DNA from: Macrostomum hystrix
Taxonomy: Eukaryota > Animalia > Platyhelminthes
Direction of reading: 5' to 3'
NCBI GenBank assembly: GCA_950097015.1
Contig: CATNEN010000039.1
Span: forward strand, 8,432,001 to 8,496,000
Length of the DNA stretch: 64,000 nucleotides
In this document: piece after piece, positions 13,063 through 25,733 of the stretch
Numbering within the stretch: the first letter of the stretch is position 1
How the letters are laid out: each line of letters begins with the position of its first letter
Position numbers and translations under genes: made by a program
Notes under the pieces: model-generated
Told to the model about the DNA's origin: nothing
Databases searched by the model: none
Seen by the model: only the letters and a program-made list of their open reading frames with translations

Positions 13063-13373
13063 CTGCGGGGGGGGACAGGCAGGATTTGAGATTGACAGGA
13101 GAAAGGCCATAGGGGTATTTCGAAACTCACATTTAAATTTTCGCTATATTTCCCAAAATAATTCAACCAATCTCCATGAAAATGATTCAATGATTCTCGT
13201 CGGGGTGTCTGGCGGCAAGAACCACAAATTAGGCACATTTTTTCTGCTCACAATTTTTAGTGTCGGCTATCATTGTTGACTATTTTGGATTGACTAAATT
13301 GTACATTTTTTACATTTTGTAACCAATTTGGATTCGTCATAGAAGTCTTTGCAGAGCAATGTTACTTGTTCTT

Positions 13374-13502
13374 GTCACTAGAGTCTTCGGCAAGACTAGA
13401 GTCACTAGAGTCTTCGACAAGACTAGTGTCACTAGAGTCTTCGACAAGACTAGAGTCACTAGAGTCTTCGACAAGACTAGAGTCACTAGAGTCTCCGACA
13501 AG
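13374..13502. repeat. Short tandem repeat, 27-bp unit GTCACTAGAGTCTTCGACAAGACTAGA
   Basis: About 4.5 copies. Confidence 0.9.
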
Positions 13503-13734
13503 AATCGCTGAATATCTCGACGATGCTGACGTCAGACGGCTTCAAAAGTTAGCTCATCGAAAAGGGCGGAAAACTTTGATCAAGAAGGTGGACTTTCAAG
13601 AAAATCGGCCATTCGGTTTCGGGAGCAACCGTGAAGTAGGCAGGCCTAGTGGGTGCTTGAAATAACAGCCGTGGCCTTTCCGCAGGCCGCTACTAAATTT
13701 CTAACCCCAAGCAAATGCTGAGCACCAATTTCAA

Positions 13735-13802
13735 GTGGAGATTCAAGACTCGAACCCGGGACCTCTAAATCAGAACACCGAAGCGAATGCCGCTGGCCTA
13801 CA
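13735..13802 (-). mobile_element. Degenerate tRNA-derived SINE head
   Basis: The reverse complement reads gtaggccagcgg…gaggtcccgggttcgagtc (A-box and B-box-like); no intact cloverleaf. Confidence 0.4.
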
Positions 13803-14994
13803 AGGTTTTATTAAATATGCAGTACAAATAACTATAAAAAATATACATCTAGTGATTAGTTGATATGTACAACTTTTTCGCTGAATCCTGAGCACACATT
13901 TGAGCATACCAGCCCGCTATAGTCAAGTATCCCATCTTGCCAACTAAAAATACGTAGAGTAAAAGAAGCTGCACTATTCTAAGGACTTCCTTGCAATTCA
14001 ATAACAGCCTCGGGGCTAGACTCCTCGATTTAAGCTGGAATAAAACTGCCTACAGAAGCGAGAAGTCAGGCATATAGTGAGTAAGTAGCACAGAGATAAG
14101 TGACTCGGTGGAATCTGATTTCTTTGCCAAACTCTTAAGCCCAAATCGTTCTCTTAACTATGCCGAAGAAGAACTCAGAATTCAGATAGATCTAGTCTAG
14201 TAGATCTACTAAAAATAAATCGATCAAATTAGAATATCCCTTTTCACACTTTATCTAACCCAGTCCGAAAATGTTCACTATAACTAAAGATAGATTAGTT
14301 TACACCAAAATAGTTCATAAGAAGGTCAATTTTAAGCCAAGTACTTAAGTACAAAGATATATTTGGAGACTTCAAATACCAATATATATAATATATTAAT
14401 AATATATTTATTTTTTAAAGTTACTGTTTCCCTCACGTTTTTATTTAAACAAAAAGAAGACTAAAGTTTTGTGATAAAACTCAGTACTTTACATTTAATT
14501 TGTTTTTTTAATACTTTTCGCTTCAATATACTGTGCCGTTCATTCAAAGGTTGAATTGATAACACCTGCCACAATTGTGCCAGGGGTGCAGCCGACAGCA
14601 CAGCCGCAGCTATTGCGCGGCGCATCTGAAGGCTGCGTACGGCTGTTCAGTCCATGGACAGGGAGGGGACACCACATCCACCCTCAATTACCCCAGCTAA
14701 TGCTGGCACCCATTTAACCATTTAACAGCTGGGTGAACTGAATTGGGCTGAGAATCGAACTCCCGACCGTCCCCGAAACTCTTAAAGACTAAAGACTTAC
14801 TTGCACATAGTTTCAAATAAAAAATAAAATAAAAAGAACTGGCACTTACTCCTGTGGTGGAATTGAGCCGGTAAAGGCTGAGAGTTGAGTAGGATCTGCG
14901 GAGGGCGGCCATCAGGGGCTCAACAAACAATTTAGTGCTGGAGAAGATAACCTTGCTTGTGCTGGGCTGTAAAATCAAAGCAGAAATATACATG

Positions 14995-15288
14995 TGTGGC
15001 GGTCAAGGGCAAGTGCACTCGGTGGCAGCCACTTGCAAGCCGTTCTGCCCGCCGACTTCTCACACCACCCCACGTCTGCACGCGGCCAACCCCGGGGGTT
15101 AGGGGTGGGCGCCACCCCTCCCCAGCGTGGCGTGTTTGGGCGGTGTGACCTTGACTTTTTTACCGCTTGTTTACGCGATGGCCGTATAAGACTGTTTGCG
15201 TGCGCCTCCTTCTGTTTATCCTTTTCCGCGTTTCACTTTGCTCTCCGCAAATATACGTTTCGCACGCAGTAGCTAGTTACCCGCTACA
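14995..15288 (+). repeat. 5' LTR (294 bp)
   Basis: TGTGGCGG…CCGCTACA; appears identical to 19140-19433. Confidence 0.97.
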
Positions 15289-15289
15289 T

Positions 15290-15302
15290 TGGTGAGCCCG
15301 AC
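15290..15302 (+). promoter_or_regulatory. Primer binding site TGGTGAGCCCGAC, probably tRNA-Trp
   Basis: Starts TGG 1 nt after the LTR; one mismatch to the canonical Trp PBS TGGTGACCCCGAC. Confidence 0.65.
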
Positions 15303-15321
15303 ACCCGCCATTCCGTTTTAA

Positions 15322-16026
15322 ATGGCGCTTCCTACTGAGTCATCCGTAGCACTCAAGCTGCCCACGTTTTGGGCTGCACAGCCACGCGCGTGGTTTATTC
15401 AGGCGGAGGCCCAGTTCCAGCTGCGGGGCATCAGCCAGGACGACACCAAGTACCACCACTTGGTCGCCTCGCTTGACCAGCGGACCGCTGAACGCCTGCT
15501 GGATGTCCTGGAGAGCCCTCCGGACACCAACAAATACGGCAGGTTGAAGGAGCGCCTGCTCGGCTCTTTCAGCCTCACCCGGCAGCAGCGAGCCAGCCGC
15601 CTGCTCAGCATGTCCAGCCTCGGAGATCGCCGTCCGTCCGAGCTGATGGACGAAATGCTGGCCCTGCTGGGCGACCATCGGCCTTGCCTGCTCTTTGAAG
15701 AGCTTTTCCGCCAGCAGCTGCCCGCGGACATCCGGATGGCGCTCGCTTCTGCAGATTTCGAGGATCCCCGGGCGGTCGCGCAGCTCGCCGACCAGCTCTG
15801 GGCCAGCCGACCGCAACCAATGGCCGCCTCTGCGCACCTGGAGGACCTGCCCGAGGTTTGCGCCGCGCGACAGGCTGCTCGGCCTCGCGCCAAGTCGCCC
15901 CGGCCGGGACACCGCGGCAGCCGCACTCCGGAGGTGTGCTATTTCCACCGCAAGTTCGGCGCGAAGGCCAGGCAATGCGAGCAGCCCTGCAGCTTCTCGG
16001 GAAACGGGCTGGCCGGCCGTCAGTGA
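15322..16026 (+). CDS. gag: Retrotransposon Gag (234 aa)
   Basis: N-terminal LKLPTFW…P.AWF.QAEAQF motif and C-terminal [15 protein letters not shown] zinc-knuckle variant typical of compact invertebrate Gypsy elements. Confidence 0.93.
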   Translation: MALPTESSVALKLPTFWAAQPRAWFIQAEAQFQLRGISQDDTKYHHLVASLDQRTAERLLDVLESPPDTNKYGRLKERLLGSFSLTRQQRASRLLSMSSLGDRRPSELMDEMLALLGDHRPCLLFEELFRQQLPADIRMALASADFEDPRAVAQLADQLWASRPQPMAASAHLEDLPEVCAARQAARPRAKSPRPGHRGSRTPEVCYFHRKFGAKARQCEQPCSFSGNGLAGRQ

Positions 16027-16045
16027 ACATCGCGGCGGCCGGCAA
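15999..16045 (+). promoter_or_regulatory. -1 programmed ribosomal frameshift signal
   Basis: G_GGA_AAC heptamer (15999-16005) in the gag frame; pol is in the -1 frame; downstream stem GCCGGCCG (16012-16019) / CGGCCGGC (about 16035-16043). Confidence 0.8.
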
Positions 16046-19000
16046 CCTGCTGCTCATCCCCGACGTCCAGTCCGGCCGGCGTTTCCTGGTGGACACGGGC
16101 GCCGAGGTCAGCATCTTCCCAGCCTCCGCGGACGATGCCCGCGCCCGCTCGCCGGGCCCGCCCCTGTTCGCCGCCAACGGAAGCCGAATTCGCACATTCG
16201 GCAGTCGCAGCCTCACCCTAGACATCGGCCTGAAGACCTGCACTTGGTCGTTCGTGCTGGCCGAGGTCTCCAGGCCGCTGATCGGCGCCGACTTCCTGCG
16301 CCACCACGGCCTGCTAGTGGACCTGCCGAACCGCCGTCTCCTGGACGCCAGCTCCCTGGCCAGCGTGCACCTGCTGCCCGGTTCCGGTTCTGCACCGCAG
16401 CTCGCCGCCGCCGTGGCCAAGGACCCGTACAGCCGACTGCTGGCGGAGTTCCCCAGCATCACGGAGCCCAGTTTCATCAGGGCCACGCCGCGGCACGGCG
16501 TCGAACACTGCATCCCGACGACGGGCCCTCCGGTACATGCCAGGGCGCGCCGCCTGCCACCCGACAAGCTGGCTGCAGCCAGGGAGGAGTTTCGCAACCT
16601 GGAGCAGCTCGGAATCGTGCGGCGGTCCAGCAGCCCGTGGTCGTCGCCGCTGCACATGGTGCCTAAGGCTTCCGGCGGTTTCCGGCCCTGCGGCGATTTC
16701 AGGCGTCTCAACGACGCCACGGTGCCAGACCGCTACCCTGTGCCGCATATCCAAGACTTTTCGGCGCGGCTGACCGGCTGCACCGTGTTCTCTAAGATTG
16801 ACCTGGTGCGCGGCTACCACCAGATCCCAGTCGCCGAGGCCGACATCCCGAAGACCGCCGTAATAACGCCCTTCGGGCTGTTCGAGTTCCTCCGCATGCC
16901 ATTTGGCCTGAAAAACGCGGCACAGGCCTTCCAGCGCTTAGTGGACTCGATTTGCCAGGACCTGCCAGCAGTTTTCGCCTACATCGACGATTTCCTGGTG
17001 GCCAGCAACAGCCTTGAGCAGCACGAGGAGCACCTGCGGCAGCTGTTCCAGCGCCTCGCTGACAACGGCCTGTTGCTGAACCCGGCCAAGTGCCAGTTCG
17101 GCCGCAGCCAGATCGACTTCCTGGGCCACAGGATCAGCGCCGCGGGTGCCGTGCCGCTGCCGGACAAAGTCGACGTCATCGCCCGATTCGCGCCGCCCAC
17201 GACGGTGAAGGGCCTCCAGGAGTTCGCCGGCATGGTGAACTTCTATCACCGCTTTGTGCCCCGCGCTGCCCAGCTGCTGCGCCCGATCTACCAGGCCATG
17301 TCCGGCAAGGGGAAGCTGGTGCAGTGGACGCCAGAGCTGACCGAGGCTTTCGACAATACCAAGCGAGCGCTCGCTAACGCAGCCATGCTGGCGCACCCCA
17401 GGCCCGAGGCGCCGATGGCCCTCACAGTCGACGCTTCCGACACGGCCGTCGGCGCCGTCCTCGAACAGCACGTCGGCCTCGCCTGGCAGCCACTTGCCTT
17501 CTTCAGCCGCCAGCTGAGGCCAGCGGAGCAGAAGTACAGCGCTTTCGACCGCGAGCTTCTGGCGCTGTACCTAGCGGTCCGCCACTTTCGTTTCTTCCTG
17601 GAGGGGCGCCCATTCACCGCCTACACGGACCACAAACCGCTGGCCGCCGCCATGGCCAAGCTGTCCGACCCGTGGTCCGCCCGACAGCAACGCCACCTGG
17701 CGTACGTTAGCGAGTTCACCACGGACGTCCAGCACATCGCCGGCAAGGACAACCCGGTGGCCGACGCGCTGTCCCGCTGCACCGTGGCCAGTGTGCTACC
17801 TGGCGTCGACTATGCCGCCATGGCGCGGGTCCAGCAGGCCCCCACCGAGCCACACTCCGGGCTTCGGTTGGAGCGAGTGAGCCTCCGCGCAGGCCTGGAG
17901 TTGCTCTGCGACGTCTCCACCGGTCGGCCCCGCCCGCTGGTGCCGCCTGATTTCCGACGGCCGGTGTTCGACGCCATCCACGGCCTCGCGCACCCCTCCA
18001 TCCGCAGCTCCCGCCGCCTTATCGCCGACCGTTTCGTCTGGCCCGGCCTCAACCGGGACGTCGGCCTTTGGGCTCGCAGCTGCGTCGCCTGCCAGACGGC
18101 TAAAGTCCAGCGGCACGTGGTCAGCGAGCCGGACAGCATCCCGGTGCCTCGCGATCGTTTCGCACACGTGCACATCGACCTGGTCGGCCCGCTGCCGCCG
18201 TCGCAAGGTTTCACGCACCTGCTGACCGTGGTCGACCGTTTCACGCGCTGGCCGGAAGCAATCCCGCTGGCCGACACCTCCGCGGCCACCTGCGCCGGCG
18301 CCTTCATCACGCACTGGGTCGCCCGTTTCGGCGTGCCTGGCGACCTCACCTCCGACCGCGGCCCGCAATTCACCTCGGAGCTGTGGGCGAACGTCTCCCG
18401 CCTGCTGGGCATGCAGCTGCACCAGACGACGGCTTTTCATCCACAGGCCAACGGGCTGGTCGAGCGTTTTCATCGACATCTCAAGGCCTCCTTGATGGCG
18501 CGGCTGAGAGGGCCGTCCTGGACTACCGAGTTGCCCTGGGTGCTGCTGGGCATCCGCACGGCGCCCAAGGAGGATTTCGGCGTTTCTTCGGCCGAAATGG
18601 TGTACGGCGTCCCACTGGCGGTGCCTGGCGAGTGCCTGCAGGCCGGCCCACCCACCGCGAGCCACGACGGTTTTCTGACCCACCTGCGCCAGGCCGTGCA
18701 GGCTTTCCGGCCGCCACCGACCTCCCAACACGGTCGCCGTGCCACCGCCTGGCCGACTGCCCTGGACGCCTGCACGCACGTTTTCGTCCGCCGCGACGGG
18801 CACCGGCCGGCACTGCAGCCGCCTTACCTCGGCCCCTTCAAGGTGCTGAAGCGCGGCGCCAAGGCGTTCCTCCTCGACCTCGTCACCCGGCAGGACCACG
18901 TGTCGGTGGACCGGCTCAAGCCGGCAACGCTCGACCCAACCAGCCCGGCTCCGACGCCGCAACTTCGCCCGCGCGGCCGGCCGCCGCGGGACCCAACGAC

Positions 19001-19247
19001 ACGCCCGCCTAGCGTTCCCGGCACCAAAGCAGAGCCGGCCGCCACTCCACCGGTCACCCCTCCGCCGGTTCCTCTGCGTCGGCGCCAGCCGCAGCGCCGG
19101 TGCCGGCGGGTACCGAAGGCCACCGCTGGGGGGGAGCCCTGTGGCGGTCAAGGGCAAGTGCACTCGGTGGCAGCCACTTGCAAGCCGTTCTGCCCGCCGA
19201 CTTCTCACACCACCCCACGTCTGCACGCGGCCAACCCCGGGGGTTAG
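15999..19247 (+). CDS. pol: Pol polyprotein (protease, RT, RNase H, integrase), expressed by frameshift; the ORF is open from 15858
   Basis: FLVDTGA protease, RT with FAYIDD, RNase H TVDAS…ELLA…TDH, integrase H.H…C..C and HIDLVG…SDRG…ERFH. No stop until inside the 3' LTR. Confidence 0.97.
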   Translation, partial: GKRAGRPSVNIAAAGNLLLIPDVQSGRRFLVDTGAEVSIFPASADDARARSPGPPLFAANGSRIRTFGSRSLTLDIGLKTCTWSFVLAEVSRPLIGADFLRHHGLLVDLPNRRLLDASSLASVHLLPGSGSAPQLAAAVAKDPYSRLLAEFPSITEPSFIRATPRHGVEHCIPTTGPPVHARARRLPPDKLAAAREEFRNLEQLGIVRRSSSPWSSPLHMVPKASGGFRPCGDFRRLNDATVPDRYPVPHIQDFSARLTGCTVFSKIDLVRGYHQIPVAEADIPKTAVITPFGLFEFLRMPFGLKNAAQAFQRLVDSICQDLPAVFAYIDDFLVASNSLEQHEEHLRQLFQRLADNGLLLNPAKCQFGRSQIDFLGHRISAAGAVPLPDKVDVIARFAPPTTVKGLQEFAGMVNFYHRFVPRAAQLLRPIYQAMSGKGKLVQWTPELTEAFDNTKRALANAAMLAHPRPEAPMALTVDASDTAVGAVLEQHVGLAWQPLAFFSRQLRPAEQKYSAFDRELLALYLAVRHFRFFLEGRPFTAYTDHKPLAAAMAKLSDPWSARQQRHLAYVSEFTTDVQHIAGKDNPVADALSRCTVASVLPGVDYAAMARVQQAPTEPHSGLRLERVSLRAGLELLCDVSTGRPRPLVPPDFRRPVFDAIHGLAHPSIRSSRRLIADRFVWPGLNRDVGLWARSCVACQTAKVQRHVVSEPDSIPVPRDRFAHVHIDLVGPLPPSQGFTHLLTVVDRFTRWPEAIPLADTSAATCAGAFITHWVARFGVPGDLTSDRGPQFTSELWANVSRLLGMQLHQTTAFHPQANGLVERFHRHLKASLMARLRGPSWTTELPWVLLGIRTAPKEDFGVSSAEMVYGVPLAVPGECLQAGPPTASHDGFLTHLRQAVQAFRPPPTSQHGRRATAWPTALDACTHVFVRRDGHRPALQPPYLGPFKVLKRGAKAFLLDLVTRQDHVSVDRLKPATLDPTSPAPTPQLRPRGRPPRDPTTRPPSVPGTKAEPAATPPVTPPPVPLRRRQPQRRCRRVPKATAGGEPCGGQGQVHSVAATCKPFCPPTSHTTPRLHAANPGG

Positions 19248-19433
19248 GGGTGGGCGCCACCCCTCCCCAGCGTGGCGTGTTTGGGCGGTGTGACCTTGAC
19301 TTTTTTACCGCTTGTTTACGCGATGGCCGTATAAGACTGTTTGCGTGCGCCTCCTTCTGTTTATCCTTTTCCGCGTTTCACTTTGCTCTCCGCAAATATA
19401 CGTTTCGCACGCAGTAGCTAGTTACCCGCTACA
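19140..19433 (+). repeat. 3' LTR (294 bp)
   Basis: Preceded by the PPT-like GGGGGGGAG; followed by the TSD CATG. Confidence 0.97.
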
Positions 19434-21107
19434 CATGTATATATAGATTACAGGCATGCAATACTACTAGTCTTAGTAGTGCAACAAACAACTTTTAGAA
19501 ATACTTCACTAAAATAGATGCCTACTAGAAATGATAATATTAGAGGTAAAATGATATGCTGAAGCGAGTATGGTAAAATTCATTCTTTTAAACACAGAAA
19601 TAGTTCACTTTTGTGTTAGAGATAGCACAAAAGGCCAGTTGATTAGTGAAATATGTTTGGTTATTATCAGCTTATTTACACAGACTTTATAGGGAAATAT
19701 ACAGGCCTAATCATTTCAACTGTCATGTATGATTCCTAGAAAAACGTTGGGCATATAATAATTAATATGTGATTAGTTCTTATAAATAATAGGATTAAAT
19801 GAATTAATTTATCTTAAAAATTAACTAACTGGGCCAATCCTAGATAAACTTTAGCTATAGCACTTTAGACCTAAACTAGCTATAGTACTAGACTGAGTAA
19901 TTCTTTTGATCATCTTGTTAAAATGGTCCATACCTAGTGGTTTTGGTATTATAATTTTGGTATAGGATTATTATGGCCCAAACTATATTGTGCTAGGCAT
20001 ATTAATTGCCTATATTACAAACATAATACTAGTAGTTAAGTTTGATATTTTGATATTTTACTTTGAAAAAATATAAATTTTAGAGCTCGCTCTAGTACTT
20101 ACATGTCAGACAGTAAATAAGCTATCCATTAGTACTTGTAACTTAGCTTTCATAAAAAAAAATCTTTATAAATCTAAAAAAAATAGGTAAATTGCTAATT
20201 TACTAATGGTTAAAATAAGTTTAAGTGAAATACAACTAAAGGCAACTATAAAAGGATCTTATGTTTACACCAGCCACAGTTACTGGTCACTATCTATCAG
20301 TCTAAAGCACTGTTCAATAGAGTGCTTTGCTGTGGCAGGTGGTGGTTGAGACTGTCCTACTATACCATGACAAGACAGAGACATTGACAGGCTAATAGCC
20401 AAGACAGACATTTGCATCTAGACTTGGCACAACTTCTCAAGCTATTAATAATTTTGGGAAAAAGACCATGTTCAAAATAGCTTAGCTAAAACACATTGTG
20501 TTAGCAGTGGCTTTAACTGGTAGTCCCAGGCATAGCAAGGGCAGCCTCACACGTAAAAATACATAGACTAAATTTCTAGGATGAAAAATGAAAAATGGGA
20601 TAGACCCTGTCTGCTCACTAGATATTGACACTAAAAGGGATGCCATCTGTGATTTGACACAGCATCTATGCTCCATGTGAAATTTAGGGCTTACTTTGTT
20701 TGCTGCTTTTGTTGATGGTTTTAGCAAAACCTAAGTACAATTTATGAAGATATTCTAGACTTACAGCTGATTTGTCACAAAGAATTGCATCCAGGTAGTA
20801 TGTGCCACTCCTAGTCCATGGCTGCAGTGTTGACAACAATGTGAACTATTGTCAGCATTAGCTTGCTTGGTATATATAAAAAATCTTGCAGTGATTTTGA
20901 ATGGCTGATATGGAACTTGGTGAACTTGGGTTCTACATGGGCTGAAACTGGTAACTCAGCCTTGATTCTCCACTGCAATCTACAGTATATCTGGCCTGTT
21001 AGTCAGCTTAGACCATTACAAATGGGTAAATCCCAAACAGTGATACAATCAATAGCTTAGGCAAGCAACACCATTGTCTCATCTTGGTAAGCCATTTAGA
21101 ATAGGGG

Positions 21108-21388
21108 CATACATACGCAACCTCCCAAATCTTAGCCGGCCTTGCGACTTAGTTTTTGCTCTCATTTGCGACTTAGTTCGTTTCATTGCTCTATTTACGA
21201 CTTAGTTTGCTCTCATTTGCTCTCTTTTTCTCTCCCCTTTTTCCTTTTCTTCATGCCTTCCTTTTTTGTCCCTTGGTCCCCCCTGTGATTTTTTGGCACT
21301 TGGTCGATTGGTTTTTGCGACTTACCTTGCTTGGCCCTCGTTTCACCCGGCCGGTTCGGCCGGGTCGGCCGGGTGTTGCGCATGTATG
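21108..21388. mobile_element. Non-autonomous TIR element (281 bp, hAT/P-like)
   Basis: TIR CATACATACGCAAC…GTTGCGCATGTATG and a perfect 8-bp TSD AATAGGGG (21100-21107 and 21389-21396). Confidence 0.85.
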
Positions 21389-23404
21389 AATAGGGGTTAG
21401 ACTAAATGTTTTAGCAGATCTATTATAATGATAATGTAATAGGCTATTAAAATTGTGGGCATAAATACTTTTAGCAATAACTATTTTGACCCAAAATCTT
21501 ATTTAACTAAAAAAGTTAAGCCTACTTAAAAAAATAAATTTGTAAAATGTTTTCTAAATTATAGACTATATTTTTATCACAAAATATTTACTTTGTGTTT
21601 GTTAATTTGTCTAATTAGACTGTTAAGAAAGAGTTTCAAGTTTAAAAGACAAAAGTTTCTACTAAACTGAAATATTCAACAAATTTTGATGATTTTTTTT
21701 AAGTTAATTGACTACACTAACGAGTATGTTTGCCTTTAGGCCTATACAATATTTAAAGTAATAAAAGATAAAGTCAGTATATAGGCCTAATTAAATTGAA
21801 TAATTGAAGTGTTCAGAATATTTTTTTAATTTTGAGGTAAAATCTAAAGCAACTTTACATTGCTATCAAAAAAATTCATTAGTAAACAATTTTTTCAAAG
21901 CAATTAATTAGAGCATGAGTGGGCCAAAATAGTTTTATGTCTAGGCTGAAATGGGTTTGGGCCAATGAGAAATGGTTATGGCTGAAATTGTTAGTGGCCA
22001 AAGCAACCTGAAATCATACATGCTTTTTACAATAGCTAATATAAATACTAGCTAAGCATAGGCCTAGGCAAAAAACATTTCTGCGTGTGTAAGCAAAAAG
22101 GATAAAAGTATTGAACAATAAACATAGGCCAATTATCTAGAATTTTAGTAGAAGGTAGAAGGTAGAAGAAAACCATATGTAATTAGAAGAAAACAAGAAA
22201 TATTAAATTTTCGGAATGAGTGCAAGCTCGAAGCTACAGTAAATATAACTTTTTTAAAACTAGGAGCCTACAAGACAACAAGCAAAAGCCAGTTGCCAAA
22301 GAGTAAAATGCTCTGGGCTAACCCCAGAAACCCACTTTGGATTTACCACTTGCTGACCATTTTGTTATCCTACCACTACGACAATAAATAACCCTACCCT
22401 GCAACTTAACAAAATATATTTCACGACATTCTGAAATGATACAAGATATTAGGAATTTAGGAAAGCTTATATCGGTTGGTTGTGTTGTGTTTAATTATTG
22501 AACATTTCTTTGAAAAATTTTATGAAACGAATTAAAGACGAGCATTTAAAGACGAATATGGTTTCTGAGCTGTTTGCATTGATATTATAAAACTTAGTTT
22601 GTGTATTACTAAAATAATCGTTTCTGTGATATTATAGGAAAATATTTACAGCAGTACATTTGTTTTAACAACGTACAACATGCTAAGTACAACAATATTA
22701 ACAACAATAGTGTCTAGACTCTAGTAACTGAAACTAGTTTTTTATATGATTCGTATAGACAAAGAAATAACTACTGTTTTTAATACCTTCGTAGCTTCCA
22801 CTTCACTTGGGTATTAATGCCGAAGGATTCAGTTTTTTTCTAAGAAGGCTAATAAAGCAAAACTCCTTGATTCTAACGAGACAGGATGAATAAGTTGAGT
22901 AATCAGAAAAAATCTGATAGTAGGGGCCTAACAGACCTCATGGTAAAATTAAAAAGTAAAAAATGAAGTTGTTATTCTTTCAATAATTAGCTCATTGCAC
23001 AAGCACAAAATTTGCCAAATAGATAAGTAGGTAATATAGGTAATTTGTTAGCCAACAGCCACAGCTAGCTTAGCTAGACCCGAGGGCTAGGCCTACAAGG
23101 CTACTATTTCATTTTTTTTTATGCTAGGCCCAAACGTCATGAACAAACAAATTCACGAGAAAAAGCATGTGCACAGGCCTATCTATTGAAGTATGTTACA
23201 GTACTTTAATTTGTAACTGGGCCCTGTTTATAATATTTAATTACCTATTGTCATATTGGGCGTAAATTTACTTTAGTTCGCGAAATTATATTCCTCTTTT
23301 AAAATGGTGCCAATGACACTGAAATGATGAATGGGAGTTGTCTATGGCCCATAGTAGCCGCGTAGAGTTGTTTGGGGCACAGAAATTCGGCTGAGTTTTA
23401 TTGA

Positions 23405-23717
23405 GCCCTCACTATAGTTTGGATTTTAGAGACTTCAAGACTCTTCTGATTTGCAAATGGCTGGGCAGCCCCCATGACCATAGTGGATTGTGCCACCGAA
23501 TGAAGTTCTGCAGACACAGGCACTGACGGAACTAAATATGAATTCAAGGGATCTGATGGAAGTGACGGCAAGTACTGACGAGACTATGTGGCATGGCACT
23601 AGCAATGCCCTCTTTGAATTGCACATCCAAGAGTATCTATGGCAACGCCTTCACCCGGGGCCTTCCAAGGCTTTTGGCAGCATTCTTTACTGGATTCGTC
23701 ATTATTACCCAGTTTAG
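23405..23717 (+). pseudogene. Degraded Merlin/ISXO2-type DDE transposase C-terminus
   Basis: PTIVWILE…NGWAA resembles the ..WILPG…SDGWAAY segment. The terminal HGTSNALFELHIQEYLWQR…FGSILYWIRHYYPV* resembles Merlin C-termini. Internal stop and deletion. Confidence 0.55.
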
Positions 23718-23947
23718 GAATCTGAGACAGTCAGGACTGTATTGAACTGAACTGAACAATGCTCAGTGCTGTTTAAAAATGTTTCGTACCAGTTGTGTTA
23801 CCAGTTCAGGTTATCCACTTCATTGTTTAACATTTTAAAAGAAGAAAATAATTTCACAAATGAAAGTAAATTTACGCCTCATATTGATATATTCTTTTTG
23901 TGTTCACAATTTAAAGACAACTAAAAAATCCTAGTAGTATTAGGCCC

Positions 23948-24369
23948 GGTACCTGGACACTTTGTCATCTTACTACTTTGTCATCCAGATGATGATCTGT
24001 CCAATATCTCAGAGGGTGGATGACGAAGAGACTTAGACTTGTGGACACTTTGTCATCTATAAAACAAAATTTTTCAAAGTTAGAACAGAACCACCCCTCC
24101 CCACCTCCTCACATCGTGTTGGCACCTATCTTTCAACTCTTATAATGAAATCAGTTTTGACACCTCTTTTTGACAATTTAGAGTGTGAAGTGTGTTCATA
24201 CCTCTGCCCCACCACCCCACCCTCACTTTATTGATGACAAACTTGATTGCTTGTTATTAGTAGATAACGAACTGAACAAACTTTAAAGCATGCCAATTGG
24301 CTAGATGACGAAGTGTCCTACCTTCCAAGTGGATGACGAAGTTGTAAGATGACGAAGTGTCTAGGATCC
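23948..24369. mobile_element. Non-autonomous TIR element with subterminal repeats (Merlin-like)
   Basis: About 40-bp imperfect TIR GGTACCTGGACACTTTGTCATCTT…AAGATGACGAAGTGTCTAGGATCC, GG…CC ends, imperfect 8-bp TSD TTAGGCCC/TTAGGCTT. Confidence 0.75.
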
Positions 24370-24548
24370 TTAGGCTTAATCCCCTAACTACTTTAAAAAA
24401 TGCAAATCCTATTAAGTATTGTGTATAAGTATAAGTTATAAATTTAGTATTTAAATGTAAACATAATCATTTTTGCCAATTGTGCTGTTTGAATGATTTT
24501 TTTAGTGTTTTGTTATCAATGACAATACTAGGTACTAGGGAGGTTATA

Positions 24549-24705
24549 GGCCTAGCCTTGTGGTTAGAGTACCAGACGCATAACTTAAGTTTAGGGGTTC
24601 AATTCCCCATTCCACTTGAACAATCTGTATCCTTTAGCAAGACACTTAGGCCTAACTATTCATCGCTTGTACATTTATCTATCTGTTAAATGGGTACAAG
24701 CATGG
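24549..24705 (+). mobile_element. Old tRNA-derived SINE with CORE/Deu/Nin-like body
   Basis: tagccttgtggttag…ggttcaattcccc head, then tcctttagcaagacactta…ctgttaaatgggtac. A related minus-strand fragment lies at about 14690-14765. Confidence 0.45.
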
Positions 24706-25733
24706 TGAAAGAGTTGCAAGTTCAGATTGTGTATAATTTGTTGTTTTTTAAATCTAGACGAGACTAGAAAAAGGAAACAACAAATCTTGGCAATGAGATG
24801 ATCAAATAGTTAGTCTCTAATAACTGCAACTAACTTTTAAATCAGTCAAAGTAAGCTAAATGAAAAATTGTAGAAGTGAGTTTTACTAACAAGTTTTTGC
24901 TTTGTTTTAATCGTCCATTGGGTCCATAATGTTGTTTACAGGGACCCCTTCCATTGACCCTATTCAAAGTCACCCTTGAAATCACAACACTTGGAGAGAA
25001 GTGGATTAAAGAACAAGTAAATTATAGCTAATACAATTGTAGATTGTAATACAAAAGTAGTAAACTTTTTGGTCCTTGAATATAATTAAAAACTATGTAA
25101 TAAAACTGATATATATTTATGTTCTTCTTGTATTTTTGATAGGCCTATATGTATTATTTGATTCATTACAAAGCAAATAATTCAATCTAAACTAGCTTTG
25201 GTTAGACAATTTAACAGATGGACTTATGTCCTTTGCATTTTTTTCAACAAGCATGTTGCACTTCTACATTGATGATCACATGTACACATTTTTTACTATT
25301 TTTTCTTCTATGCACAGTTCTTAATTAATTTTTGTTGCATATCTTGGTAAAACTAGGGGGGGGGGGCTTGTCACACATTTGAGAACACCCTGTGTTTATA
25401 CACCAATATGTATGATTCTAATTGCATCCACACTATTTTACATATATTCCAATAAGGTTTAAAAAAGTTTTTTTTCTGCTTATTTTTTTTAAACATTTAC
25501 TAGTCAATTTAATATACAAGTTAACATGTGAAAGTTCTGATGGCTAGGCCAATATTGACCTAAAATGTTTTGCTTATATCAAAAGCTTAAGTTTATCTTT
25601 TTATTATTATACAAATTGACTTCATATAAATGTGAATTGTGTAAAAACTATTATACAAACACTTTTCATCTTGAAATGTATGTACTTAACTTTAGCGTAC
25701 ACCAATTGCAGTCTTTTGAGTCCCTCAGAACCA

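Larger units (their letters stand above)
14995..19433 (+). mobile_element. Full-length Ty3/Gypsy LTR retrotransposon (4439 bp)
   Basis: TG…CA LTRs, 4-bp TSD CATG (14991-14994 and 19434-19437), PBS, gag, pol (PR-RT-RH-IN), and a purine tract before the 3' LTR. Confidence 0.98.

Noticed and set aside
15340-19260. Long antisense or alternate-frame ORFs within the Gypsy element (up to 476 aa)
   Set aside because: Expected shadows of a very GC-rich coding strand; no recognisable domains.
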